Assembly (NCBI RefSeq): GCF_964213995.1
Contig: NC_135809.1
Location: 38,130,001 to 38,194,000 of the forward strand
Direction of reading: 5' to 3'
DNA length: 64,000 bases
Source of the DNA: Mustelus asterias
Lineage: Eukaryota
Part shown: positions 12,928-24,454 of the stretch, piece by piece
How the letters are laid out: each line of letters starts with the position of its first letter
How positions within the stretch are numbered: the stretch's first letter is position 1
The notes under the pieces: model-generated
Database searches by the model: none
Told to the model about the DNA's origin: nothing
The model's input: only the letters and a program-made list of their open reading frames with translations
Made by a program: the position numbers and the translations under genes

Positions 12928-13312
12928 GGAAAAGGATTTGCATTTAAATAGCACCTTTCTTGACCATGGACATCTCAAAATACTTTACAGCCAAGGAACT
13001 TAGCCAATTTACACACAGCAAGCTTCCACAAACAACGTGCCTATGACCAGATAATGTGGCTGAGGGTTTAATATTGGCCAGGACACGGTGAATAACTTCC
13101 CTGCTCTTTGTCGAATTAGTGCCACCTAGTGTCCACCCAAGGGGACAGACAGGGTTTTGATTTAATGTTTCATTTGATTGACAGCACCTGACATTACGGT
13201 ACCCCCTCAGTACTGCACTGAAGTGCAGCCTTGATTTGTGCACTCAACTTCTAGAGTGGGGCTTGAACTCAACCACTGATTCAGATGAGAGTTCTATCGA
13301 CTGAGCCATGGC
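12928..13312 (-). mobile_element. DeuSINE (SacSINE1/AmnSINE-like) copy
   Basis: Minus strand shows a tRNA-like head, a Deu-like core (CAGTGCAGTACTGAGGG...GAAACATTAAATCAAAACCCTGTCTG) and a GCTATTTAAATGCAAAT tail. Confidence 0.7.
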
Positions 13313-13873
13313 CAATAGAAAAAATATAATAGATGACAGATTACACAAAGTATCAAGACAGTTTCCACCTTCCTTCCTTCACAACATGAATATTAACAAA
13401 GGACGATGAACTACTTTTGCTTCAGAGTATAAACTTTGGATGATTGATTAACACTTCAAAGTGTCGCTGCTTTGAAAAAAACCCAAGTGAATCTTGAAAT
13501 ATACATACTTGTGGAAATGTATTTTAGGAGGAAAATGTAGAATTTTGTTACATTTTGTCCATGGGAAATACACATTTACTTTATAACTTTGAAAGGAAAA
13601 CCATTTACTCAATTTCCAGTTTTCTTTCATTAAATTCAGGTGTGGGGCAGCAAGTTTCTTCAGATGTATAGCTAACAATGTGGATCTGACCACAAAGTCA
13701 CACAAATTGAGTGCTCGGGGCCTGTGACAATTAAAAATGCTCTTTCACAATCTAACAATCCAAATTTACATTCTGAAGGCTTTTAAAATTGCATAGGAGA
13801 TCTTACTGTATAATAGTAGAAGATGGTAGTATATTCTTATACTAAAAATATTGAGAAACACAAAACAACACAC

Positions 13874-14038
13874 CCAAGTGAATGAAGACTGCTGGTCAAC
13901 TGGCACACAGGATGCCTGGCGTGGGTTTACGGCAGATGGTAGAGGCACCATTTGCCTGCACTTTTCTACTTTTTGTGGACTCTCCAGAAACAGCAGAGGG
14001 GGCTTCTTGGATTGGCTGGGCTTCTTCTTGCGGGGCAT
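13874..14038 (-). CDS. RHNO1: RHNO1 first coding exon (55 aa)
   Basis: MPRKKKPSQSKKPPLLFLESP...SSFTW|GTGTGT; splicing reconstitutes the W-V-x-P-x-F 9-1-1-binding motif; probable acceptor at 14058. Confidence 0.93.
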
Positions 14039-15119
14039 CAAGCACCCAGCATCTTGGCCTTGGAATTCATTTGAATAGAATTTTTAAAAACATCGTTAAG
14101 TAAATAATACTGGGTTTCCTTCAATAGCACAGTGGACAAATGGCATGAAAAATATACAAGATCAAGAATGGCTGCAGTTTTGAACCCTGATATCTGCTAA
14201 TTCAGCAGTGTTCAACCAATGAAGGTACTAGCTTTTAGAATAACCTCAGCAGAATTGGACCTGCGCTGTTGGCATTGCTCTGCATTAAAAACTGGCTGCT
14301 CAGCCAGAGGGAGTACATGATGTCCACCAGTGAACAATGGAGTGAAAACTGGCATCATCACCCCTGGAAATGTCACCTAGTGATTCAGCTTCTTCTTAAA
14401 ATGTTTTATTTTGTTACAGTATATTAGTGGAGTCCCTTTCAAAAGTAGCTCTTAGTTCCACTTTATGGGTAACCTTCCAATTGGATAAAAAGAGAGATAT
14501 AAATAGACACAAACAAACTCTAGTTGTTGAGATTAGGAGGTGCATGTTTGTAACGTGTGACTCTGTAAACAATTGCTTAAAAAAATGACTCCAGTACTGT
14601 CCTTCAACTGACTTTCGGGAATAATGCTTTACCCCAGAACTACAATTTAGGACCTTCATAAATATACAATGAAGTAATATGCTCCACTTTCACAGCAGCT
14701 CTCCATGCCAGACAAAAAAATGACAATCCTGAGAGCACAGCACAGTCACAAAATTATTTCAATAATTTCAACTTCCAATGCGACTTCCACAAAAGGGTGA
14801 TAAAATGCCCCACGTATGAAATATTTAGATTCAAATAAGTTTAGATAAGAATTGCATTTATGTAGCACCTCATCATATGTCTAAAGAAGTTTCACATAAA
14901 ACAAACTGCTCTGTTGTGGAATATTTGGCAGCCATTTGCATATAATCTAACTGAGTGGCCTAAAAGGCTCGAGGGAGTGAACGACATACTCCTGATTTTC
15001 TTAAGACGACAAGATAGATGGGGACATTGTCTTACAAGGGGATAAACTTGTTGGGTCTCAGGCTTTTTGTGATAAAACACCCTTTATCCTAATTAGCTCA
15101 AAAACAGCTTAGCAATGAG

Positions 15120-15870
15120 AATCATTTTGGCAGGAAGCATATTATCTAAATGGTGAGAGATTGCAAAGATGTCTGGGACTCCCGGTGCATGAATCGCTAA
15201 AGTTAGTATGTGGGTACAACGAGTAACTAGGAAAGCTACTAGCATATTATCACTTATTGCAAGGGGAAATCGAATACAAAAGTGGGGAGCTTATGCTTCA
15301 GTTAGAAATCATAGAAACCCTACAGTTCAGAAGGAGGCCATTCGGCCCATCGAGTCTGCACCGACCACAATCCCACCCAGTTATACAGAGTATGGGTGAG
15401 ACCACATCTGGAGTACTGTGTACAGATTGATCTCCTTATATAAATGAGTTAAAAGCATTTCATGGTAGGTTTACTAGACCAATATCGGGAATGGGCGTGT
15501 TGTCTCATGAGGAAAGGTTGGAGAGACTAAATTTGTATCCACTGGAGTTCAGAAGAGTAAGAGGGGACTTGATTGTAACATAGATCTTTAGGGGTCTTGA
15601 ACTAGGGGGTCACCGTTTAAAAATAAGGGATAGCCCATTTAAGACCGAGATGAGGAGAATATTTTCCCTGAGGGTCATTAGTCTTTAGCAGTGTCTTTGG
15701 ATATTAAGACAGAGGTAGATAGATTCAAGGGGGTGAAAGGTTATTGGGGCTAGGTGGTAATGCAGAGTTGTGGTTACAATCAAATAAGCCATGATCTTAT
15801 TGAATAGTGGAGCAGGCTCAAGGGCTGAATGGCCTACTCCTGATCCTAATTTGTATGTTTGCATGTAGTC
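15120..15870 (+). mobile_element. Degraded CR1 3' fragment with an inserted SINE tail
   Basis: RPHLEYCVQ-like remnant; tail ggcctactcctgatcctaatttgtatg. Confidence 0.7.
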
Positions 15871-16135
15871 TTGAGGCTGAGGCCTCTTGGCAATTACAGA
15901 ATAAGATTCTATTTGGAATATAAAACACAAAAACAGATAGGTTTCTCCCCTTTTAGGTGTAGAGTGCAACTTTCAGTTTTATAACTTTGAACTATGTAAA
16001 GCCAATATAAATTACTTATGTCTACAGAACTTGAGTTTATGATTTATTTTAAAAATGCTATATTGTACAAGATCGACAAACCAAATGGATTTAAGGAAAA
16101 ATTTAAGAGATTGTCCTAAGAGCAGTGGTTCCGTC

Positions 16136-16930
16136 TGTTATGATTCAGGTTAGAAACTCCAAAGTGTTCCATGGAGCCCACCTGGATCAGTTTTGCATCT
16201 TGAATTTGGCTAGGATAAGCAGGAGATGTTTCACTTAGGTATGGTTCAAATGACTCACTAGGGAGTTTTTCTCAAATAAAAATTTAAGAATACAGTTAAC
16301 ATGTATAGTAAGAAAATTAGCAAGAACTTTTATCAATTACAAACAATGATAATGTATAACCCTTAACCAAGATATCTACAATGTTCCAATCAAACCAATC
16401 CCATAGACAAAATATCCTTTTAACAAGTTTAACAGAGCACAGACTAATGCTCATGTGTTACTGGAAATTGAGTCTTTTGGTTGGAGAATTGAAAACTCGC
16501 AGTCTTGATTCATTCAGAGCAGGTTTGAAGACAAGACAGCTTCCCAAAACACCAGAGACACTCTGGTCCAGCCCCCAACAACAGCAGATTTTTCATCCTT
16601 CAGGAAAACAACAGAATTTCCAAAGCAAAAAAAGCAGGGAGAGAGAGAGAGAGACTGGGACTTATTTTTAGCTTGCTGTCCCTTCTAAAACCAAACTCAA
16701 ACCTGCAGCTCCAAACTGAAAATGGAAACACTGTCCAAAAACACATGACCATTGTCCTAGCAGTGCAGGATTGTAAAACTAATCCCAGAGCGTAAACAAA
16801 CAACCCAATTTAAGCCACTTACGTAGCAATAAAAGGACATCTCCAGTCAAGCCAGCAACAATGACATCACTGAATCTGTGAGCTGCAGGAATCATGTTTT
16901 ATTTTAAAACCTTTCTTAAAGGTACACTAA
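16136..16930. mobile_element. Solo-LTR-like repeat, same family as 46706-47488
   Basis: Starts TGTTATGATTCAGGTTAGAAACTCCAAAG and is collinear with the 46706 copy up to TTAAAGGTACA; right end and TSD unclear. Confidence 0.7.
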
Positions 16931-17811
16931 CTATTTATGCCTCAACAATATCAGTTTCTTATTGGAATAAGATTCTTTTATTTACCTGTCTTTTAAATTA
17001 GTATGTGTCTTCTCAAAAATTCAGATGTATCCTGATGGATTGCAACATCAGTATCCTCCCTAGTTGACATTCTAAGCATCCTGCTGCATCAAAAATAAGA
17101 AATGTTTTTAAAAATCATAATGCTCAAACCTCTGACTTTCACACTGCTCCATTACAATAAAATAACTTTAAGGATATGCTATCTCACAGCTTACAATCCA
17201 CCTAAATCTTGCAGGAGGCCCCACAGTCTCAAATGACTCAACAAGTTAGGCTCATTAAATACCACAACTCTGCTTCACTGAATGCACTATACCAAACACT
17301 TGGAGGTTGGGCAGCTCACTTGTGTGTAGTTTCATGGTCCTTTTTTCCTGAATTGTGTTGTATTACGTTGCTCTGCTACTCCTAACTCAGTTGCCCTCTG
17401 TATTATGTTATACTAACATAACAGTATGTTATACTATCCGGGGGAGAGATTGGCATGATATATTAAATGTTGTACCTCCCAATGCATTTTAACATTACAA
17501 CACAGTGCAAACAATGCGTGATCTGTATAGTAGTTAAATCATATTGTTTTATATTATACAGCATTATCTCATTGAGGCAAATAACAAATGCATTTAATGA
17601 AACACTAGTTAAGGACATGAACGAGGAAGCAGACAGATATGCTGATAGGAGTACATATGGTGGAGCAAAAGGAGATTTATATGGAGCATAAACACCATTT
17701 GGGTGGAATGGTCGGTTTCTGTAAACCTTGTGTTTAAGAAAAAAATCTTCATCCAGTAGCCATCCCGTGTTTTTCTGATCTCAGTAGCAGAGTGCTGGCC
17801 TTTGTAATAAC

Positions 17812-17931
17812 AGTAAGAAGTTTAACAACACCAGGTTAAAGTCCAACAGGTTTATTTGGTAGCAAAAGCCACGCAAGCTTTCGGCTCCGACTGTGTTAAC
17901 CCCAGTCCAACGCCGGTATCTCCACATCATG
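17812..17931. mobile_element. Penelope-like terminal-repeat fragment
   Basis: AAGAAGTTTAACAACACCAGGTTAAAGTCCAACAGGTTTATTTGG is the reverse complement of part of the 56447-56579 insert, followed by CCCCAGTCCAACGCCGG..TCTCCACATCATG in the direct orientation. Confidence 0.55.
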
Positions 17932-18120
17932 ACATGTAATAAGCCAGGCTGTGACTGCCCACTGACCTTCCTGTTCCGGAGTCACAGTATTTCTGATTTG
18001 ACTAGTTGCACTGTTTAGAATGTTGTTCTTCCTGAGTAGCAGTTACAAGGTGCTGGAGTACAAACTATTCCCTACCCCGCTGGCTATCATCCCTCCCATC
18101 CCCTTTCACATACTCTTTAC

Positions 18121-18180
18121 CTGCTACCACTCTGAGCTGCTCCTATTGCAGCGTCTCAATGGCGCCTGTCCGCTTCAAAC
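18121..18180 (-). other. RHNO1: RHNO1 non-coding exon 1 (TSS approximate)
   Basis: Strong donor CAG|GTAAAG at 18121/18120, adjacent to the shared promoter. Confidence 0.6.
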
Positions 18181-18400
18181 TGTCCCGCTCTCTGACCTGG
18201 CCCTGGCCCCGCCCCGTTGCCTTAATCCCGCTGCTCCTATTGGTCGGTTATGTTCCACTGCTCCTATTGGTCAGTTTGCTGGGCGTTCCTAACTCGCTGA
18301 TTGGTTGAGTGTACCCACCTGACCTTCACACCACCTTTGGATTGGTCCGCAGTGACAGAACGCTGGAAATTCAAAAAACATCCAACTGGCTACAAACTGT
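18170..18400. promoter_or_regulatory. Bidirectional RHNO1/FOXM1 cell-cycle promoter (4 CCAAT boxes, GC box, 2 CHR elements)
   Basis: ATTGG at 18239, 18266, 18300, 18341; GGCCCCGCCCC at ~18205; TTCAAA (reverse CHR TTTGAA) at 18174-18179 and 18370-18375. Confidence 0.8.
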
Positions 18401-19022
18401 AACAAAAAAAACCCGCAGCGGCGCCGGAGATCAGAGAGCGCAAACCCCCGGGGCCGGAGATCAGAGAGCGCAAACCCCCGGGGCCGGAGAGCCAAACCCC
18501 CGGGGCCGGAGATCAGAGAGAGAGCAAACCCCCGGGGCCGGAGAGCCAAACCCCCGGGGCCGGAGATCAGAGAGAGCAAACCCCCGGGGCCAGAGAGCCA
18601 AACCCCCGGGGCCGGAGATCAGAGAGAGAGCAAACCCCCGGGGCCGGAAATCAGAGAGAGCCAAACCCCCGGGGCCGGAGATCAGAGAGAGTAAACCCCC
18701 CGGGGCCGGAGATCAGAGAGAGCAAACCCCCGGGGCCGGAAATCAGAGAGAGCCAAACCCCCGGGGCCGGAGATCAGAGAGAGTAAACCCCCCGGGGCCG
18801 GAGAGCCAAACCCCCGGGGCCGGAGATCAGAGAGAGCAAACCCCCGGGGCCCGGGCGAAAGGACAGGCAGAGACGGCGAGGGAATCCCGGACTTCACACT
18901 AACCAGGGGCCGGCGGCTGAGAGAAGTTCTGACTGGGTCACTGATCCCTGCCCCGGGTCCGGATGCAGCCGTGAAGCGGGAGTGGGAGCTGGATCCGCCG
19001 TGCGGAGCCCGGTAATATGCAG
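18380..19022 (+). other. FOXM1: FOXM1 non-coding exon 1 (TSS approximate)
   Basis: CpG island; donor CAG|GTGAGT after 19022 and weaker CCG|GTAATA after 19011. Confidence 0.6.
18423..18851 (+). repeat. GC-rich minisatellite, 15 copies of an AAACCCCCGGGGCC core in ~21-bp and ~30-34-bp units
   Basis: Counted directly; units GGAGATCAG(AG)nCAAACCCCCGGGGCC or GGAGAGCCAAACCCCCGGGGCC. Confidence 0.97.
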
Positions 19023-19437
19023 GTGAGTGTGAGCAGGGAGTGTGTACCTGGGGCGGCCTGTCCCGGGATGCCGCCCTTTCGCATTAGCTTCAGGGGGGAA
19101 ATAAACTGTAACAACGGTCCCGGGTTCCAGAGTCCAGTGTCAGCCCAGAGCTCACCCCCCCCCACCGGCCGTTTGTTCACTGTGGCCAGCTGCCCACTGC
19201 TGCTTTATTGTTAACGAATGTTTATCCAGTTGTTGCTCAGTCATTAAGGGAGCATCAAGAATACATTGGATTCCCCACTTTGAACCTCACCCCTCTTCAA
19301 CCCTGCAGCCCACATCCTGTCTCGCACATTATACACACTTATTTCCACTTTGACCAATTGTATTGGTGGTGTCTTCATCTCGGAGACAATATGAGCTGAA
19401 CACATTGGGTGAACGACTCTTATTGTCCCTTTCAAAA

Positions 19438-19710
19438 TGGGCAGCTTGGTAGTACAGTGGTCACAGCGCCAGGAATCCGGGTTCAATTCCAGCTTTGGGT
19501 GACTGTGGAGTTTGCACATTCTTCCTGTGTCTGAGTTACCTCCGGGTGCTCTGGTTACCTCCCACACTGGGTTAGGTTGATTGGCCATGCTAAATTGCCC
19601 CTTAGTGTTAGGGTAAATACATGGGGTTATGGGGATAGGGCCTGGGTGGGATTGTTGCCGACTCAGGCTCGGTGGGCTTCCTTCTGCTCTGTAGGGATTC
19701 TCCGATTCTA
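19438..19710 (+). mobile_element. HE1-like SINE
   Basis: tRNA head, GTTTGCACATTCT body, GTAGGGATTCT tail. Confidence 0.8.
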
Positions 19711-19774
19711 GGAAAATACATTAGACGTTCTGGATATGAACCATCCCTGTCTTGATTGACGTCCTCTATCCTAT

Positions 19775-21212
19775 CGACATAGAACATTACAGCGCAGGAT
19801 ATGCCCTTCGGCCCTCGATGTTGCGCTGACCTGTGAAACCAATCTAAAGCCCATCTAACCTACACTATTCCAATATCATCCATATGTTTATCTAATGTTT
19901 ATTTAAATGCCCTTAATGTTGGCGAGTCCACTACTGTTGCAGGCAGGACATTCCACGCCCTTACTACTCTCTGAGTAAAGAACCTACCTCTGACATCTGT
20001 CCTATATCTAACACCCCTCAATTTAAAGCTATGTCCCCTCGTGCTAGCCATCCACCCGGTGCGGGGAGGGGAGGGATGGCGACCTCCTCGTGAACCTGCT
20101 CCTGGGCCTGGCGAAACGCGCCATTTACCGGTCCAGGCAGCGGGCGATCGAGGGGGCCGTCCATCCTGACTGTCTGCCCCTCTACCGCGGCTACGTTCGT
20201 GGCCGGGTGTCCCTGGAGAAGGAGCATGCGGTGTCCATGGGCGCGGTTGACGCCTTCCATGCCCGTTGGGCACCGCAGGGGTTGGGGTGCACTATTGACC
20301 CTGACAATCACATTTTAATTTGATGTTTTTAAGTTTCCTTTGTACTTTGATTTCTGTTCGGGCTGTTCCCCCTCTTTTTGGGGAGCTGCCCCTTTTACTT
20401 TGTCCTGACTTAATCTGAGTTTGTTTATTTGGTTTGATCTAAAAAGAGGGCAACATCCTGGTAAATCTCCTCTGCACCCTTTCCAATGCTTCCACATCCT
20501 TCCTATAATGCGGCGACCAGAACTGTACGCAATACTCCCAAGTGCGGTCGCACCAGAGTTTTGTACAGCTGCAACATGACCTCATGGCTCCAAAACTCAA
20601 TCCTTCTACCAATAAAAGCTAACACACCGTACGCCTTCTTAACAACCCTATCAACCTGGGTGCCAACTTTCAGGGATCTATGCACATGGACACCGAGATC
20701 TCTCTGCTCATCCACACTACCAAGTATCTTACCATTAGCCCAGTACTCTATATTCCTGTTACTCCTTCCAAAGTGAATCACCTCACACTTTTCCACATTA
20801 AACTCAACTTGCTACCTCTCAGCCCAGCTCTGCAGCTTATCTATAACCTCTGTAACCTGCAACATCCTTCCGCACTGTCCACAACACTTTAGTGTCATCC
20901 GCAAATTTACTAACCCATCCTTCTACGCCCTCATCCAGGTCATTTATAAAAATCTCAAACAGCAGTGGCCCCAAAACAGATCCTTGCGGTACACCACTAG
21001 TAACTGAACTCCAGGATGAACATTTCCCATCAACCACCACCCTCTGTCTTCTTAGAGCTAGCCAATTTCTGATCCAAACCACTAAATCGCCCTCAATCCC
21101 ATGCCTCCGTATTTTCTGCAATAGCTTACCGTGGGGAACCTTATCAAATGCTTTACTGAAATCCATATACACCACATCAACTGCTTTACCCTCATCCACC
21201 TCTTTGGTCACC
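19775..21212 (-). mobile_element. CR1 LINE (second subfamily), RT and 3' end, interrupted by a Tx1 fragment
   Basis: ORF 20837-21211 [17 protein letters not shown]...[10 protein letters not shown]...KFADDTK; ORF 20503-20796. Confidence 0.92.
20053..20448 (+). mobile_element. Tx1-clade LINE 3' fragment
   Basis: [19 protein letters not shown]...[21 protein letters not shown]...FHARWAP resembles the Tx1 ORF2 C-terminus; T-rich 3' UTR follows. Confidence 0.75.
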
Positions 21213-22413
21213 TTGACGTTACCTATCCCTCAGTATATCCATCCAGAACCCTCATTTTTAAATCATTGTCCGCATCCACCATCTGCAATTCTTAACTTCC
21301 CTTTGTTGTTGATCTCCTTACTGACTCTGGTCCATTGTGCGTTTCTGTGCTCCCTTCATCATTAGTGGCTCCTGCGCTCCGGAGTTATCTTCCTGAATCT
21401 CCACCCTGTCACCAATTTCTTCATCTTTAAAAGCTTCCTCAAAGGTTACATCTTTCACAGTAAGTTTGGTCACCAGCCCTAATTTCTGTCCTACTTTGCC
21501 TACTGATCCTTTGAAGCTTTGGATATTTCTTGTTTGACAAATTTCCAGACATTTTTAAAGAATACCTGTTTATGATGAGATGGAATAGTGTACTGATTGT
21601 TGAATTGTTAGCTTGACATCAATAATAGGGTGGATGTTTGAGGGAATTCTTAGGAGTGCAACAATGACTACATAGACAGAGAAGGCCATGTCAGTAACAC
21701 TCAACCTGATTTCCCAAAAAGTCCCTTCATGAATTTCATGAATCTAATTGTATTTTTCAGTTTACAGAGGGAATCCCAGTACATGTTATGTGCTTGAACA
21801 TTAAAAAAGCTTTTGATAAGGCACTACATGAGAGACTTTGTTTTCTGATCAAATCTTCTGGAATTAGTGGTTATCTAGTATGCTCGATTGAAAACTGTCT
21901 GAAAGCCTTATGGCTGGATGTTGAATGTACTTGGAGACCAGTCACTGGCTGTGTGACACAGAGATGATATTATCACCGTTGCTATTTCATGCTTTCATTA
22001 ATAATCAAAATGTAGGTGATGGGGGGACAATGGATAAGAGTTAGGACTGAAGAGAATATTGAACTGGTACAAATAGATTTAGACATACTGGGCTCCCTGC
22101 TCTTCATTTGCTTCGATCTTATTTTAAAATTTAGCTAATACTCACCTGAACTCTGACCTGCACCAAACACATGCAAGAATTATACTCTGCTTACTCACTT
22201 TACACACCTATGAGTTAGAGAGAAGAGACTGATTATTTCATTAAAATATTTCATTTTTGTTGCTAACAAATATTCCTCTTTAGCTATTTAGTTTAATGGT
22301 TGGCATTTAATTCTGCCTTATTTTAACTTTATTTCTGATTATGTGGAGAGTTTCTGATTGAATTCTAATGTTGCAGGCACTGTATGGTTGAAGAAGCTCT
22401 AGTTGCAATAATA

Positions 22414-23059
22414 ATGAAAGCCAGTCCAAGGAGGCCTTTGATTCTGAAACGGAGGAAACGTCCCCTGACCTTCAGTAATCCAGCGGATCCAAAGGAGAAT
22501 GCTGCTGAGGACAAGAATGATCCGAGCAAACTCAAATCTGTGTCCAGAGATTTTGGCACAGCCAACACCTGTCCAAGGAAAGATGACATGGAAAGCACGC
22601 AAAAGCGCACAGCTATGGAGACTCAAAAATTCCCTGAGAGGATTCGGATTGTAAACCACCCATCGATGCCCAACACCCAAGTTGTGTTAATTCCAAAAAA
22701 TGCTGACCTTCAAAGCATCATAGCAGCACTCACAGCAAAGGGAAAGGAGAGCGGTTCTAATGGGCCCAAGAAATTTATTCTTTTGAGCAGTAATGCAACT
22801 TCTTCCTCTCGTCAGAGTCGATCTTTGGGAAGTAATGATCCTTGTGCAACACGAGGAAGTTTTCCTACACTCCTGGAGAGAAGCCAAAATTCGACGGAGT
22901 TCCAGGAAGAGTCAAACTTAACAATTGCTAACCCAAGTGGCAAAGTGGCAGTAGCAGACTTTGCAAGTAGTGTCAGCATCAAGAAAGAGGATGATTTCTC
23001 AGTACACATCCCTCAAACACTGGTATCTTCAGCTCTGTATGACCAAGAGACTGGTACAG
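22414..23059 (+). CDS. FOXM1: FOXM1 coding exon 1 (N-terminal repressor domain)
   Basis: MKASPRRPLILKRRK; NHPSMPNTQVVLIPKNADLQSIIAALTAKGKESGSNGPKKFILLS; acceptor ttgcag|22377; donor CAG|GTAAGA, phase 1. Confidence 0.96.
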
Positions 23060-24454
23060 GTAAGAAACGGTCCCTTGTCTCATTGTAATACTGCAGAGGG
23101 AGACTAGACTAGACTAGACTAGATATTCTGTGAGGAAGTGTGTACATATTATTTCCAGCAAATTAGATTAGTAACTGTGATGTACTTAGTGTTCATATGT
23201 GGATGTGCTGAAATAATCATGGAAACAATTCTGACAGTTCAAGCCTAGCTGCTGACAAAAGACCAAAACACTATGAACTTGCTCTTTATTCTGAGTTTTT
23301 GAGTGATTAGAGACAAATTGATTTCCTCAGAAAATGGTTAGAAACCACTTGAATTCCTCTTGCACTTAATGTTGTTATCTGAACCCCCACAATAAACCCC
23401 AGTCAGTAACTCCAGTTTAAACTTAGATGCTATCTTTTTCAATGTGTTCAAAGTGGTAAACCAGTTTTCCAAAGCGCGGGGCAGGATTATACGGAGGAAA
23501 TTCCTGCTGTGGTGGGTGACTCCATAGCTGTAATGAAAGTCATGAGCCCCAGTCCTCAAGCAAACAAAAGCTAAATTCCCACTTTGAGCAGAAACGAGTT
23601 GCAACCTCTTTAAACATTGCTGTCTTTAAAAGTGCTTACTGATTTGAAGCATGTACATACCTATTTTCAGTAGAAACCTCGTTCAGTAGTTGGAGACTAC
23701 TCTGATACCATTGTTTAATCTAAGATAAGCCTTTCTGACAGAACGCAAGAAAGTCTACAATGTTTAACATTTTATGGAAGAAGAAATAGTTTGCTTCTCT
23801 ATCACCCCTCTCCCCCCCCCAAGCACCAGAATGCACAGGGCAACAAGTCCCACTGATTGTCACTGCTCCCAACCAGGCACCCACATGTCTATATTTATCA
23901 ACTTCACAGAGTGAAGAGGAGATCAAATAGCAGTGTTCAAAATTGTACCTTTTTAATGAGATACTGTGGATGTTGGCATGCCTCAACATCCTTCCAAAAA
24001 CCAGGATTAACTTCTAGAACCACCATGAGTCTGGATGGGTCGCCAATTTGAAATGTCACCTTCTGATGCAAAGAATGAGTGTTTTAAATTCCCGCGCCTC
24101 TTTGGAACATAGCCTGTATCTTGTAGGCTGTGACGCTGATTTCAGTGGCAGAACGGGGCCAGTAACATTGCAAGAGCCAAGAAACCGGGCGTGAGCCCAA
24201 GTTTTCACCTGTCGCCCAATCTTACTGGCTCACCACGCCGATCGACCAGCGTGGCAAACCGGTAAGACCATCCCCTATGTCTGCTGCTTATTAATGAATT
24301 TTCTGCTTTTCCTTTACCTCTCTGAATCTCATTATTTTTTCTGCTAACATTTCTCCAAACCGCACAGAACACATTGCGGTTATTCTCTGCTCAATGCACG
24401 CTCTCCCCTGTGGCAATGAAGGTCGGAAGTTTGAAGGGCAGGAGCCAGTCGTTG

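Noticed and set aside
18690-18790. GTAAACC/GCAAACC as forkhead autoregulatory sites in the repeat
   Set aside because: They lack the final A of RYAAAYA; FOXM1 is mainly recruited through CHR/MuvB
18423-18851. CRISPR-like repeat/spacer appearance
   Set aside because: Spacers are short non-unique (AG)n variants, there are no cas genes and the context is vertebrate; this is a VNTR
18309-18902. 197-aa ORF and antisense ORFs across the minisatellite
   Set aside because: Starts at GTG, is low-complexity and is open only because the repeat lacks stops; no homology recognised
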